Part shown: in pieces, positions 12,355-26,273 of the stretch
Layout of the letters: the number at the start of each line of letters is the position of its first letter
Position numbering within the stretch: the first letter of the stretch is position 1
From: Squalus acanthias
Taxonomy: Eukaryota
Direction of reading: 5' to 3'
NCBI GenBank assembly: GCA_030390025.1
Contig: CM059431.1
Coordinates: 128,962,001 to 129,026,000, forward strand
DNA length: 64,000 nt
Notes under the pieces: generated by a model
Database searches by the model: none
Told to the model about the DNA's origin: nothing
The model's input: the letters and a program-made list of their open reading frames with translations, nothing else
Made by a program: the position numbers and the translations under genes

Positions 12355-12690
12355 TTTTAATAATTCGATTGAAGGACTTGACAGAGATTAATACGCAGTG
12401 ATTCAGGCATTACAGTGCAAAAGGACTGGAGGTGACATGCACTCAGATCATGCAGTCTGAAGGAAGTCAATGAACGGAGAGTAGAATCATCAGCAAAAGA
12501 ATGGAGATCATAATTGATGTGAATAAAGAACAGGGTAAGAGAGGACAGAATCTTAATTAACCTCTGAGTTAATGGAAAAAGAGTCAGAGGATGAGTCATT
12601 AACTGCTATACAGATAGAAGAATGTGGTAGAATACCTTAGCAAGCTTATCATCAACATTATTGCTCATCCTCAACCTAATTATTGTCTGT
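12355..12690 (-). mobile_element. Old LINE RT fragment
   Basis: LFFIHINYDLHSFADDSTL (FADD catalytic motif). Confidence 0.65.
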
Positions 12691-13469
12691 TTTACTCAGT
12701 GCAAAGCAGCTCTGACTGCAAAGCAAACTCCTTGAAGGTTCATTTTCACTTTTGACACGGGTGGAAAACTGGCGGTTGCAGATCAGCTGACCGTTAGGCA
12801 CCCCGCCTGATTTTTCCTTTCCATTAATGTCTGTATCAGCTGATACTGGTGATAGATACAGCTCTGTTACCCTTGTTGCAATGGGAGAGCAAGTCATGGG
12901 ATTTGGGGGCTCCAACGCGATGGCTTCTTGTCTTAATATATGCTAATGAGCTCCCAGCAGCATCACCGAGCACACTTTTGAAAGGCCTCAGTCCATCGGG
13001 AATCAGTGCAGCCATTATGGGGTTGAAACTGAGCAGAGATGGGTCCCACCCAAGCATCCACCTACAAACTTGCTGGCACGCTGATTTTATGACAGAAACT
13101 CATCAAAAACGTTGATTAAATTCAGGCCCTATGAATTTCTGTACCAATTAATTCTTAATTGAATCCCAATATAGGTAGAAAGTTTATGCAAGTAGGTTGA
13201 TGAATCAATGGCTGCTAGGAGTTTTCGGAGATATTTTGCCACTGGAGGTGGATAAGGGTGGGAATTCCACCCATTCCCAAATCCTGCCACGACCCTGATC
13301 AAATTCCTGAGTCAGGGTTCATTACTCATGTAGGGCAGGCTCAAAGCACTGACTCTGCTCTAGTGAGAAAGCCTGCCATTGCTAACCAGGGTTATGTAGC
13401 TAGTGCTATAGCTACTGTAACACCAGAAGGGAGAATGGTGTTACATTCTACTCTTTTTTATTTAATATT

Positions 13470-15058
13470 TAAAGAAACAATCCAAAATTCTCAATGAATA
13501 TACATTCCATTGAGAAATAAAAACTCCATGGGAAAAGTGATCCATCTGTGGCTAACTAAAGAAGTTAAGGGTAATATTAGATTAAAAGAAGAGGTTTATA
13601 ATGTTGCAAAGAATAATAGTAAGCCTGAGGATTGGGAGAGCTTTAGAAAACAGCAAAGGATAACCAAAAAATTGATTAAAAGGGAAAAAATAGAACAAGA
13701 GTAAACTAGCAAGAAATATAAAAAATAGATTGTAAGAGTTTCTACAAGTATGTAAAAAGAAAGAGAGTAGCAAAAGTAAATGTTGGTCCCTTAGAGGCTG
13801 AGACAGGAGAATTATCATGGGGAATAAGGAAATGGCAGAGACTTTAAACAAATATTTTGTATCTGTCTTCACAGTAGAAGACGCAAAAAGTGTACCAAAA
13901 ATAGTAGGGAACCAAGGGATAGTAATAGTGTGAAGGGCAGAGAGGGGGAAGAATTTCTGAAGTGTGTTTAGGAGAACTTTCTTGATCAGTACGTTTCCAG
14001 CCGAACAACGAAGGAGGCATTGCTGGATCTGGTTCTGGGAAATGAGGTGGGTCAGGTGGATCAAGTTTCAGTAGAGGAATATTTAGGGAAGAGTGATCAT
14101 AGTATCATAAGGTTTAAGTTAGCTATGGAAAAGGACAAAGAGCAATCTAGAGTCAAAATACTTAACTGGAGGAGGGCCAATTTCAGTGGGTCGAGAACGG
14201 AGCTGGCCCAGGTAAATTGGAATCAAAGATTATTAGGCAAAACTGTAATCGAACAATGAGCTGCCTTAAAAGAGGAGATGGTTTGGGTACGGTCAAGGTA
14301 CATTCCCATGAGAGGGAAAGGTAGGGCAACCAAAGCCAGAGCTCCCTGGATGACAAAAAAGATAGAGAGTAAGATAAAGCAGAAAAAAGGGGTGTATGAC
14401 AGATATCAGGTTGAGAATACAAGTGAGAACCAGGCTCAATACAGAAGGCGCAGAGGGGAAGTGAAAAAGGAAATAAGAGGGGCAAAGAGGGAATATGAGA
14501 ATAGACTGGCAGCTAACATAAAAGGGAATTCAAAAGTCTTCTATAGGCATATAAATAGTAAACAGGTAGAAGAGGAGGGGTGGGGCTGATTAGGGACCAA
14601 AAAGGAGACCTACGCATGGAGGCAGAGGGCATGGCTGAGGTACTGAATGAATACTTCGCATCTGTCTTTACAAAGAAGAAGATTCTGAGGGGAATTGACA
14701 GGGTAGATGCTGAGAGGTTGTTTCCCCTGGCTGGAGAGTCTAGAACTAGGGATCATAGTCTCACGATAAGGGGTCTGCCATTTAAGACTGAGATGCGGAG
14801 GAATTTCTTCACTCAGAGGGTTGTGAATCTTTGGAATTCTCTACCCCAAAAGGCTATGGATGCTGAGTCGTTGAGTATATTCAAGGCTGAGATAGATAGA
14901 TTTATGGACTCTAGGGGAATCAAGGGATATGGAAATCAGGCGGGAAAGTAGAGTTGAGGTCGAAGATTAGCCATGATCTTATTGAATGGCAGAGCAGACT
15001 CGAGGATCCGTATGGCCTACTCCTGCTACTAATTCTTCTGTTCTTCTGTTCTTATGTT
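13470..15058 (+). mobile_element. Composite of CR1 LINE fragments ending in a CR1 3' tail
   Basis: 13470-13935 ORF2 linker; 13935-14672 a different subfamily (LDLVLGNE..SDH); ~14677-15058 C-terminus and 3' UTR with a TTCTTCTG/TTCTTATG repeat tail. Confidence 0.85.
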
Positions 15059-15228
15059 TCAGTTTTAAGCTTTGTTCAATTGTATTAAGTTTTGTTTGTG
15101 TATAATTTTGTTTCACTCTTTAGAATGTATGAAAAGATTATGTTGAAATGAAAGTTTCTTATAGTTAGTGCTGTTGTTATCTTCAAGGCCCGTACAGTGA
15201 GTCATCTTCTGCATGAACAGAAAAACAT

Positions 15229-15998
15229 GGCCCATATTTTCCGACTCCCACGGGTGTGTATGAGGTGTGTACGCACCCGTAGGGGCCTTGCAAGTGCCAG
15301 TTTCAGGCATGTGAAGTGCATGCGCTGAAAACCGGTACTTCCAATCTGTCAAGAATCCTCTTGACAGATCCTCCACCTGCCCAGGAGAAGGGCCTCTGCG
15401 GGTGGAGAGTTCCACTTTCTGCAGAACCTCTGCCCGCTGACAACCTTTAAAAATCTTACGCCTGGTAAAAGTAGGCTTAAGGCCTGCTTCTACCAGCATA
15501 AGAGTTTAAAAAAAGTTTTAAAATATTTTTTTTCACTCATTTATAATTTAAAAATACTTTTAAGAAAGGTAAGTTTATTTTTAGCCCTGTAAAAAACTTT
15601 AATTATTTTTTTCAAAAAATTAAATTTTTGTTTAAAATATTTAATTTAATGTAATTTTAACTAATTTTAAATACTTGATTTTTTAAAAATGTATTCAATG
15701 TTTTAGTGTGTTGTTTGAGTGATCCCCATTCATACTTTTGACAGGTCTAAGCGGAGAGACCTGTCAAAAGTTTGAAGGGGGATTCCCTTCTTTGATTGGT
15801 TCCCCATGGCCCGCATGATCCCAGGGATGCTTGTGAACTGTCTGCACCCCTGAGATACCTGGGCCTCTGCGCGCGTGCACCAGGAGAGCCCCAGGATCGG
15901 AAGTGTTGGGACCTACGGAGCCAGCAGGCAAGTTCGTAGATTTTTTCCAGATCAGAGGCATCCGCACGCAGGAAGCCTCCGATCGGAAAATCCGGGAT
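15229..15998. mobile_element. Harbinger-type MITE, family A
   Basis: Starts GGCCCATATTTTCCGA and ends TCGGAAAATCCGGG. Collinear with 37080-38740. Confidence 0.75.
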
Positions 15999-16750
15999 AT
16001 TGTGTTGAGTCTAAAAAAGAGACGGGGGGCCATGAGGCATTGTCTGCATAAGGGGAGTACGGGGGAAATACCTGATTGGATGTATTTTGCCGCAGTTCCG
16101 TTTTTAGGGTATAATATAGGGCTTTTGTTAGTATAGAGGCATTCAGCAGGCAAAGAAGACAGTCGTGGACAGGAAGAAGCAAAAGGCATCCATAGTTATG
16201 GGCCCTACTTAAATCAGACCGGGTAATATCATTTCTTGCTCCTTTTTGTTAAATATTGCTTTGTTTTACTTCTCAAAATAAACTATTAATGTAACCCAAT
16301 GGTGTCAGCTCTAACCTATTGGACTAAAACAAAGGCCTAAAAGTAAGGTTTCTTACAAAATTGCTGAGCCAGCCAGGAGAGATGAAAGCAGAAAATAGAT
16401 TTTGCATGATAAGCCTGTGATAGAAAGGGATAATCGCCTAGCAGTAATCTAGTAACTATTGCTGTTAAAACAGAGGACGAAACGGCCTTAGAGAAGTTAG
16501 AGAAACTTTGCATTACAGAGCTAGTGTGCGTTTTGGCCACTGGTGTTTAAATCAACAGTACAATGGATCCAGGGTTAGATAGATGACACGAAGTTTAAAT
16601 TAAAGAAAGGGTGGAAATTGCTAATGTACACAGTTTAGATTAGCGCTCAGAAATACGAGGACAAGTTGAAACAAGTAACAAAGGAGAGTCAGAAGGAAAG
16701 GGAAAAAGGTACAAGGAAGTGTGAGAAATTGGAGACTAGAAACCAAGACT

Positions 16751-17298
16751 GTATTCGCTGCTCACGATGTGGTCTCTCCACATTGGGGAGACCAAACACA
16801 GATTGAGCGACCGCTTTGCGGAGCACTTCCGTTCAGTCCATAAGGGTGACCCTGAGCTTCCGGTCGCCTGTCACTTTAATTCTCCGCTTCACTCCCACTC
16901 TGAACTCTCTGTCCTCGGCCTCTTACATTGTTCCAATGAAGCTCAATGTAAGCTCGAGGAACAGCACCTCATCTTTTGATTAGGCACTTTACAGCCTTCT
17001 GGACTCAGCATTGAGTTCAACAATATCAGACTATAACCCCTGCCCCCATTTTTCATACTGTATGATTTTGCCATCCCCATTTGCAACAATTTATCTTTCC
17101 TGCCTCTTACCTTAGCACAGAATATTCCTTCAATTCCTTCCTCCTCTCCCTGTCTCTGCACATGCTTAAAATCTGTTACATCTCCAGCTTTTTCCAGTTC
17201 TGATGAAGGGTCCCAGACCTGAAACGTTAACTCTGTTTCTCTCTCCATGGATGCTGCCTGGCCTGCTGAGTGTTTCCAGCATTTTCTGTTCTTATTTC
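16751..17298 (+). mobile_element. Penelope-like element 3' fragment (GIY-YIG endonuclease end plus pLTR)
   Basis: IRCSRC..HIGETKHRLSDRFAEH..PVACHFN..KLEEQHLIF. TSD AGAAACCAAGACT at 16738-16750 and 17299-17311. Confidence 0.9.
17196..17232 (+). ncRNA. Minimal hammerhead ribozyme
   Basis: agtt-CTGATGA-agggtc..gacct-GAAAC-GTT-aact. Confidence 0.75.
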
Positions 17299-17311
17299 AG
17301 AAACCAAGACT

Positions 17312-17640
17312 TGCCTTGTATGATGACTCAGCTACAGGTGGGAATTGTGACTGCAGCCATGAAGGGACTGGGAACACAGCAGATGAGAAGCCACATTGAG
17401 CAGTTAATGAGAGAGAATGAGGTGCTCCACCAACACTTAGCAGATGCACGCGCAGCACTGAGGGAGATGGTGAATAGGTCCACTAGAGAAGCGGACCATA
17501 CACAATGTGAATTGAAAATTTATGAATTGCAGGGCAAATTGAGAATGAGGGATGTGGTGTTGGCAATTAGTTACGGAAATGGGGATGACATTGATTGGGA
17601 TTCTTTGGGAAGGGATCCTGCTTGTTATCACAACCCCTTA
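17312..17640 (+). pseudogene. Gag remnant related to the element at 1-1637, probably extending left of the Penelope insert
   Basis: ADHTQCELKIYELQGKLRMRDVV aligns by eye with ADHGPCQKQIESLSLALRKARGVV, each after a coiled-coil segment. Confidence 0.55.
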
Positions 17641-17799
17641 TAGTGGCATGATAAGCAAAGGGTGGCTTCATGAAGAGAACAACAGTCTTGGTGAAGGGAG
17701 TAAGAAGTCTCGAGGTAAGCGCACGTGGGATCACGTGGGCCAGGCCAACCAATTAGAAAGGGGGATCCCATTATTCTTATGGGGATTCCATTTACGTAC

Positions 17800-20716
17800 G
17801 GAGGAATTCCTGGAGTGTATATGGGATGGTTTCCTGGACCAATATGTCGAGGCCATCTTAGACTGGGTATTATGTAACGAGAAAGGATTAATTAGCAATC
17901 TTGTTGTGCGGGGCCCCTTGGGGCGAAGCGATCATAATATGATCGAATTCTTCATTAAGATAGAGAATGAAATAGTTGACTCAGAGACTAGGGTCCTGAA
18001 TTTAAATAAAGGAAACTACGATGGTATGAGGCGCGAGTTGGGTAGGATAGATTGGGGAATGTTACTCAAAGGGTTGACGGTGGATAGGCAATGGCAAACA
18101 TTCAAAGATTGCATGGATGAACTATAGAATTTGTTCATCCCTGTCTGGCATGTTGGTGAAAAATTAATTCACTCGAGTCTGTCGTAAAGCAAAAGATCAC
18201 AGTTTATTATTCAGAGCGCTCCGGGAGAATTCAGAGCGCTCTGGGAGAAGCGTCACAGCCTGCGGTCTCATGACCCGCTTCTCAATCTAACAATGGCAGC
18301 CACGCTTCTTTATACACTTCCAAAAGCCATAAAATACAAACATCAGCACAGTTAGGGTTAGGGTTACATCATAAGCGACTCTTAGGTTGTCTAAAAACAA
18401 CTCGATCAGAATTTACACTGTTAGCGAAACTTATTCTTTTACTTCTGCTTTTATCAACCATCTGTGCTGCATTGGTTTCAATCTTACACCTATCTATACT
18501 GCAGCCTAAGCAAGTTGGTCTTTATCTAATTATACCCCTGTCTCCATGCCTTTGGGAGATACTTTGACCTTTACTATAGTCCTTTAAGCAGTTCAACTAA
18601 TCTTAAACATTACAACTGATTTGCCCTTACATTATTACAATTACATTTTTTAACTCTGACAGGCATAAAAATAAAACAAAAAAGGTGACAAGGGAAATCA
18701 GGGATAGCATAAGATCCAAGGAGAGGTCATATAAATTGGCCAGAAAAAGAAGTAAACCTGAGGATTGGGAGCAGTTTAGGATTCAGCAAAGGAGGACAAA
18801 GGGATTAATTAAGAGGGGGAAATAGAGTACGAGCGAAAGCTTGCAGGGAACATAAAAACTGACTGTAAAAGCTTTTATAAATATGTGGAGAGAAAAAGAT
18901 TGGTGAAGTCAAGCGTAGATCCCTTGCAGTCAGAATCAAGGGAATTTATAATGGGGAACAAAGAAATGGCTGACCAATTAAATACATACTTTGGCTCTGT
19001 CTTCACAAAGGAGAACACAAATAACCTCCCAGAGATGTCGGGGAACATAGGGTCTAATGAGAGGGAGGAACTGAATGAAATCAGTATTTGTAGGGAAATG
19101 GTGTTAGGGAAATTGACGGCATTAAAGGCCGATAAATTCCCAGGGCCTGATAATCTACATCCTAGGGTACTTAAGGAAGTGGCCCTAGAAATAGTAGATG
19201 CATTGCTGGTCATCTTCCAAAATTCTATAGAATCTGGAACAGTTCGCATGGATTGGAGGGTAGCTAATGTTACCCCACTGTTCAAAAAAGGTGGTAAAGA
19301 AAAAACGGGGAATTATAGACCGGTAAGCCTGACATCAGTTGTGGGGAAAATGCTAGAGTACATTATAAAAGATGTAATTGCAGAGCACTTGGAAAGCAGT
19401 GACAGGATTGGACAAAGTCAACATGGATTTACAAAAGGTAAATCGTGCTTGACTAATCTACTGGAATTTTTTGAGGATGTAACTGATAGAATAGATAAGG
19501 GAGAACCAGTGGATGTGGTGTATTTGGACTTTCAGAAGACTTTCGATAAGGTCCCGCATAAGAGATTAGCATGTAAAGTTAAGGCACATGGGATTGGGGG
19601 CAAGGTACTGACTTGGATAGAGAACTGGTTGGCAGACAGGAAGCAAAGAGTTGGAATAAACGGGTCTTTTTCCGAGTGGCAGGCAGTGACTAGTGGGGTT
19701 CCGCAGGGATCGGTCCTAGGACCCCAGCTATTCACTATATATATTAATGATCTAGACGAGGGAATTAGATGTAATATCTCCAAGTTTGCAGACGACACAA
19801 AGCTGAGTGGGCGCGTGTGCTGTGAGGAGGATGCCGAGAAACTCCAGTATGATTTGGACAGGTTGGGTGATTGGGCAGAAGCATGGCAGATGCAGTATAA
19901 TGAGGATAAATGCGAGGTTATCCACTTTGGTGGCAAAAACAGAAAGGCAGATTATTATCTGAACGGCAATAGATTAGGAGAAGGGGAAGTGCAATGAGAC
20001 CTGGGTGTCCTTGTGCACCAGTTGCTGAAGGTAAGCATGCAGGTACAGCAGGTGGTTAAGAAGGCAAATGGTATGTTGACCTTCGTAGCGAGAGGGTTTG
20101 AGTACAGGAACAAGGATGTCTTGCTGCAGCTGTACAGGGCCTTGGTGAGACCACACCTTGAGTATTGTGTGCAGTTTTTGTCGCCTTATCTGAGGGAGGA
20201 TGTTCTTGCCATGCAGGGTGTGCAGCGAAGATTCACCAGACTGATACCTGGGATGGCAGGAATGACGTACGAGGAGAGATTGGGTCGATTGGGCTTATAC
20301 TCGCTGGAGTTTAGAAGAATAAGAGGAGATCTCATTGAAACTTATAAAATTCTAACAGGGCTAGACAGACTGGATGCAGGAAGGATGTTCCTGATGGCGG
20401 GTGAGTCCAGAACCAGGGGTCACAGTCTAAGGATAAGGGGTAAGCCATTTAGGACAGAGATGAGGAGGAATTTCTTCACCCAGAGAGTGGTGAACCTGTG
20501 GAATTCTCTACCACAGAAGGCAGTAGAGGCCAAGGCAGTAAATATATTCAAGAAGGAGTTAGATATATTTCTTAAGGCTAAAGGTATCAAGGGATATGGG
20601 GAGAAGGCAGGTACAGGGTACGGAGTTTGGATGATCAGCCATGATCTCATCGAATGGCGGAGCAGGCTCGAGGGGCCGAATGGCCTACTCCTGCTCCTAT
20701 CTTCTATGTTTCTATA
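17800..20716 (+). mobile_element. 5'-truncated CR1 LINE interrupted by a solo LTR
   Basis: End of the endonuclease (GRSDHN), the full RT, 3' UTR and a CTATGTTT-type tail. Confidence 0.95.
18151..18661 (-). mobile_element. Solo LTR (511 bp)
   Basis: TG...CA ends with TSD GGCA (18147-50 and 18662-65); the CR1 sequence resumes after it. TATAAA (~18310) and AATAAA (~18206) on the minus strand. Confidence 0.85.
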
Positions 20717-20717
20717 A
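18885..20717 (+). pseudogene. CR1 ORF2 reverse transcriptase with one in-frame TGA at 19995-19997
   Basis: ORFs 18885-19997 and 20013-20717 share a frame. Motifs NYRPVSLTS, YLDFQK, GVPQGSVLGP and KFADDTK. Confidence 0.92.
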
Positions 20718-21657
20718 GCTTAATAGGAATCACCTAAAAAACACCATAAGCAAAACAAAACAAAATAGACATTATTGAATGGTGTTGCGGTTCTTAAGAA
20801 AATGACAACAGATAACTTAAAAGGTTGCGTTAAGAATAAAATAATGCACTGCTCTGTCACATTCTTCCCCAAACATAAGGATCCGAATGAAGCAAATATA
20901 ACAAAGTCATGAAGAGTAAGATTGTTACTCAGTTATCCGACCATCTCGCTGCATTGTGTTTTTTATACTATATATCGGGAAAAAACTTGTCAAGAATAAT
21001 TAAGGACTAAGTAAAGGCTTATTCTGAGAAACACATGTAGAATTGCAAATGAAGCAATACACGTCAAGAATAAGTCCTGAGCTCACATTTGAACTGGCAA
21101 AATTGTTCTCCACAGAGACTGGGCAACATTTTGAAGTATCCCCACATCTAGTAATTGGTAACTCTAAAATAATCAAAATATTGCATTGTCCAATGCTCCA
21201 GAAAACTCAGATGTGTTTTTAAACATGTCATAATATAACCAAACTAACTTAATGACAGTAATGACAATATTAAAAATGCAATGAATTTCTTACATGCTTG
21301 ATGCACTGTAATGCTCAACGATAACATGCTTGATGGAAATGCAAAATTAAACAAATTTACCAATTTATCACACTGATGATAGAATGCAACAATAGGATTT
21401 CATAAAATGTGACTGAATTCCTAAATATTTTAAAAGTATTATTGTTTATGCAATGTAACTTTAAGGAATCTGATTTGTTCCTATCTATTTTTAAGCTTAG
21501 AAAGGATAATACAATAATGATGTTACAGTTTCCACAAAAATAGACATTTTGGCAGGCTGATGATATTAAAAATAGTGTATTATATAGATTATCCAATATA
21601 AATCGGTTAAGAGTGATTGGTGTTCTAATTGACTTTCCTCTAAATAAACAAGCTCTT

Positions 21658-22374
21658 GGCCAAGATTTTCCACTTTGGGCGCAATTGGAAAAACAAGTGC
21701 AAATTGCGCTAGTTTTCAGCATTTAATTTTTTGCGCAAGTTTCCGGTCAAACTCATTTGCATATCAACGAACATAAAATCTTCCAGGAATCAGCGCAATC
21801 AGGCAGCGTTTTAGAATATAATTGTTTTAATTGTTTTTTTTGCATTAAAAAATAATTCTTGATATATTTAAGAGTGGTAACCTGGTGCCGTTTTATTAAT
21901 ACAGCTGAAAGTGGTTTTATCATTAAAAATAAGCATTTTTATTCAGAGTGTTTAGTCTACCACCTGTGAGTAATCCAATTTTAAATAAGCAAAAATGACT
22001 TTTAAAAACTAAACAAAACCATTTACTAGTTTCATTGGTGTACTGTAGTCAGTTTTTGAGTAAATTAAGGTGCCTATTCGTGCCCTCGCACCTAAAAAAA
22101 AGCTTAATTTTAAAGCCTCCTCGAAGGCCCGCAAATGGGCGCAATTAGCGGAAACTCGCTATGGTGATTAATTCGATCTGGGGGCATGGATAGTTCTGTA
22201 GGCGGGGCCGGCTTCCAGCAAGATGTTTTTTAAACTAACCCAAAATATCCTGAAAACTCAATTTGCACTGGACGCAATTTGTGCTCGAAATTCCTCGATC
22301 TATTGCACTGGTTTGGCCGATTTAGGGTGAATTGCGCTGATAAAAACAGCGCAACCTAGCGGAAATTCCAAGCC
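21658..22374. mobile_element. Harbinger-type MITE
   Basis: Imperfect TIRs GGCCAAGATTTTCC...GGAAATTCCAAGCC, repeated GCGCAA(TT) subterminal motifs and an AT-rich core. Confidence 0.6.
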
Positions 22375-23215
22375 AATGTAAGGCAAGTTCAATACAGTAT
22401 GTGATTTATCCATATCTTTCACTGTAAGTTTAGGAACATCTCAGCTTTTATTGTCTGTTCTTCCCTCATACCTTTGTCAATAATAGTCTCTCAAACTTAT
22501 ACTTAGTGGGAAAATTAGCCATATACTCTAACATGGGGGCCTGTATCACAAATGTTACCATTACACTCATCCATTCAAGGCCAAATGTACATCACAAGCA
22601 GATGATTCAGCAATAATTCACACTAAAGATACAATACCCAGAGATTCAGCCCGTAGGTGACAGCGGAAACTCCAGGCCCTTGTTTTTTGCAATAAAATGA
22701 TCTGTGAAGTTTAATCCTTTCTGTTGATACCTATATCTCATGTTTATTTAGGTCTTGTTTCGGACGTATCTTACGTTCATTGATTGCTGTTTGCTTATTA
22801 GTTTCTTGCAATTTTGGGCAGTAAGTTAAATATCAGTATATATGCATACATTTTATAGATCTTGCTGCTACAAATGTAATAAAATCTACAATTTAAAAAA
22901 TTTGGTAATCTCCCATATTATATAAATTTATCAGCCTAGAGCAGATCTAACTACAAATTCACACATTTGGTTCCATGACAACTGTCTCTTAATGTCACAC
23001 CTGTAACCATGGCATCAGGTACTACCTTTGGAATTCCAGGATATTTACCCAGCATTGATATCTGTCCAAGCCAGGACAGATATCACTGGCTTGGAGGGGA
23101 ACCTGGAGATGATGTTGTTCCCACAAAATTTCTGTTTTTGTCCTTCTTGGTGGCAGAGGTCATAGCGGAGTGAGGTGCTGTCAAAGTAACCTCGAAAAGT
23201 TGCTGCAGTGTATCC

Positions 23216-24520
23216 TCAAGGGCTCCAAAACCTAGCGGGCATAGGCCAAAAGTATCTCAGCAGTCAAGCCAGGGATCTCAGCAGCCTGCCTCTATGTCTG
23301 CTGAAGCCACACAGGATGCACCATGTAGAAACGGTAGGAAGCATAAGTTGAAGAAACTATAATTCACCAAGGATATGCACATAGGTATTCGACAAAATGT
23401 TGTTAAGTTTACTTATAATGCCACATAAAATTTATTGATTATCACCACTTCACATCTTGCCCATTATTGTGCCCCGAGTGCCATCTCGCTCTTTCACTTG
23501 TTTCATGAAGAATGTCAGTACATGCTGGACCCACTAATTCTGGCTATTGTCATCACAAATTTACATAATTGTCGGCCCTGGCAAACCAGCCATTAGTGAC
23601 CTGTCTTATGCATTTAAGTGCAGTTGACTGGATATGTCGCCGGTAGCTCCTTGGAAGGATCCAGAAGTGAAAAAGTTGAGGGCCGTGGTCACTTTCACAG
23701 CCACTGGTAATGCTGTGCCCACCAGATCCAGCAGACAGCAGGTCTTCCTCTAGGAGGCTGCAGCTGTCTGCCACCATCTGACGTGACAACCTCAACCTGC
23801 AGAAGCACAGCTCTTCCGAGAGGTTAAGGAAGCTGAGCCTCTATCTTAAACCCTATGACGTGGGTAGAGCTTCCTGCGACCTCGGCCCCTCACCTGAGCA
23901 TCACTTTCCTGTGCACCTCCCTCCTGTGCACCTCCCTCCTGTGTAGCTCCCGCCTTTGCAACTCCCCCTGTTGTCGCTGTCGTGGATGGTGATGGTCTTC
24001 CTCTTCTGATGTGCTGTCAAACACATCTAACACGCCTCACATCCTGATCTTGTCAATTTGAAATCCTCAAAGGTTGAAAAAAAAAACACAAGCACTCTCT
24101 GCCAAACATTTGCCAGAGGGAAGTTAGACACCAGCTGCAATAGTGAGCTTTTATTCAGATGGGACAATGACAAGTTTAAATTACCCACCTGAACTGTTGC
24201 TCAATCTCACCTCCGTTTCCCTGGTCAGTTTCCCGAGCCCTGGGAAACCTGTGCTGCTCAAGTTAAATTTGGAGCCAAGTTAAAAACAATTTAAAAATGC
24301 CTCATTAACATCTCCTAAGGATATTAATTGAGCCAATAAATACCCGCCCACATCCAATGATCAAATTCCTGACTTTGGCGTGTAGGTTACTCGTTGGCAC
24401 TATTGTTAAACCCAGGAGTGGGCGAGTTGGAGCTGGGTTCACTCCCGCTTTAAAAATCATAACTTTTCACCAGCCACCTACTCCCAACCCACCCGTTCTT
24501 GGGGGTTACAATTCCCCCAC
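23216..24520 (-). mobile_element. Harbinger remnant: transposase N-terminal half (minus) converging on a Myb gene 3' end (plus)
   Basis: LRLSRQMVADSCSLLEEDL..PVAVKVTTALNFFTSGSFQ..KCIRQVT at 23550-23830. 23216-23400 resembles 9897-10030. TIR-like end near 24520. Confidence 0.75.
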
Positions 24521-24553
24521 CCCCTACCCTGTATTTCTGGAGCAATTGGCACG

Positions 24554-24790
24554 ATGCCAACGGCCGTGACACACCGATTTTTAGATACTATTGTGGAGGT
24601 GCTTATTGAGCAAGTCAAGGCCAGGAAGGGGTCCGGTTTACTTCAGATGGCAGATGGATGCCATGCCAAAAAGGTCAGCACACATGAAGAGAGGTGGCTG
24701 AGCAGGTTACTACCAGCAGCATCAGTCCCAGGACCTGGCTGCAGTGCTACAAAAAACTTAATTACTTTACCAGAACTGTCAAGGTATGAA
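24554..24790 (+). pseudogene. Degenerate Myb/SANT exon 1 (Harbinger-derived)
   Basis: HRFLDTIVEVLIEQVKAR..QCYKKLNYFTRTVK followed by a GT donor. Confidence 0.5.
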
Positions 24791-26273
24791 TTCTATTTTC
24801 ACATCTCTCTTACTCTGAATATAGTTTTTCAACACCACATTTCCCCCCACCATTAGTAATCCTCCCTCCCCCACTATACGACTCTCTCCTCCAATCACAA
24901 GAGTAGGAAGAGGAAGCAGAGTAGGAGGAATGGGAAGGGAAGAGGCAACCTAGAAAGCCCCTTTCTGGCCAGGCTTTCTGTGAACAACTCATCTGACTGT
25001 GATACCAGTAAACGCAATGCCAATTCCACATTCATCAACAGTCCCACAGCTTACCTATCATCTGTTACTGATGATTACAGCGTCCGCTTGGCCACAATGT
25101 TAAAATAAAAGCCAACACAAAATCAACATTCCAAAACAAATTTATAAGTCAAACCATGTCATATTGCATACAAATGTCAACTAATCACCCCTGTGCATTC
25201 CCTTAGTGACTGCCTTCCTTGTGCCTTTGCCTGTCCTAGTGCTCCTAAGCAGTGCTAGCCGAGTGGCTGCAGCATGGCTGGTGGAAGGCTGCTGACTTTC
25301 TGTGGGGGATACTGCAGATGGCCTTGGAGGACGACCTCGAGGAGTGCTCGGCCTAGAAGGCCCGGCTTCGGACTGCACAATCTCGGCATGGGCGGCAACA
25401 GTCTGGGCTGCCTGGCTGATAGGCAACAGCAAGGGCACTGGTGGAGTGTCAGAGGTGAGAGGACCAATATTGTCATTCTGAGAGAGGATAGCCACTCCCC
25501 TGAGGCAGCGCCTCAGCAATCCTAGTAATCTGTTGGAGCACAGATTGCTGAACTGCTGTGACACCCTGCAAGTCCCTTTGAACACTGGTATCTGCAACCA
25601 TGATGGCAGCAGCCTGAGCTTGGGTGGCAACAACTGAACTTGCATAAGAGCAGTCTGAGTTTGCATGGCAGCAAGCTGACATCGGCTATCATAAGAACAT
25701 AAGAAATAGGAGCAGGAGTAGGCCATTTGGCCCCTCGAGCCTGTTCCGCCATTCAATATGATCATGGCTGATCTTCTACCTCAACTCCATTTTCCTGCAC
25801 TATCCCCATATCCCTTGATTCCCTTAATATCCAAAAATCTATTGATCTCTGTCTTGAATATACTCAACGACTGAGCCTCCACAGCCCTCTGGGGTAGAAA
25901 ATTCCAAAGAGTCACCACCCTCTGAGTGAAGAAATTTCTCCTTATCTCAGTCCTAAATGGCCAACCCCTTATTCTGAGACTGTGACCCATGGTTCTAGAA
26001 ACCCCAGCCAGGGGAATCATCCTCCCTGCATCTACCCTGTCAAGCCCTGTAAGAATTTTGTATGTTTCAATGAGATCACCTCTCATTCTTCTAAACTCTA
26101 GAGAATATAAGCCTAGTCTACTCAATCTCCCCTCATTGGACAATCCCCCCATCCCAGGAATCAGTCTGGTGAACCTTCGTTGCACTCCCTCTATGGCAAG
26201 TATATCCTTCCTTAGGTAAGGAGACCAAAACTGCACACAATACTCCAGGTGTGGTCTCACTATATAATTGCAG

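Noticed and set aside
17203..17643. 146-aa ORF as a host gene
   Set aside because: It starts inside the Penelope pLTR and runs into the gag remnant, so it is chimeric.
25181..25765. 194-aa ORF as a novel gene
   Set aside because: Chance read-through from a CR1 3' UTR into a decayed Harbinger Myb exon.
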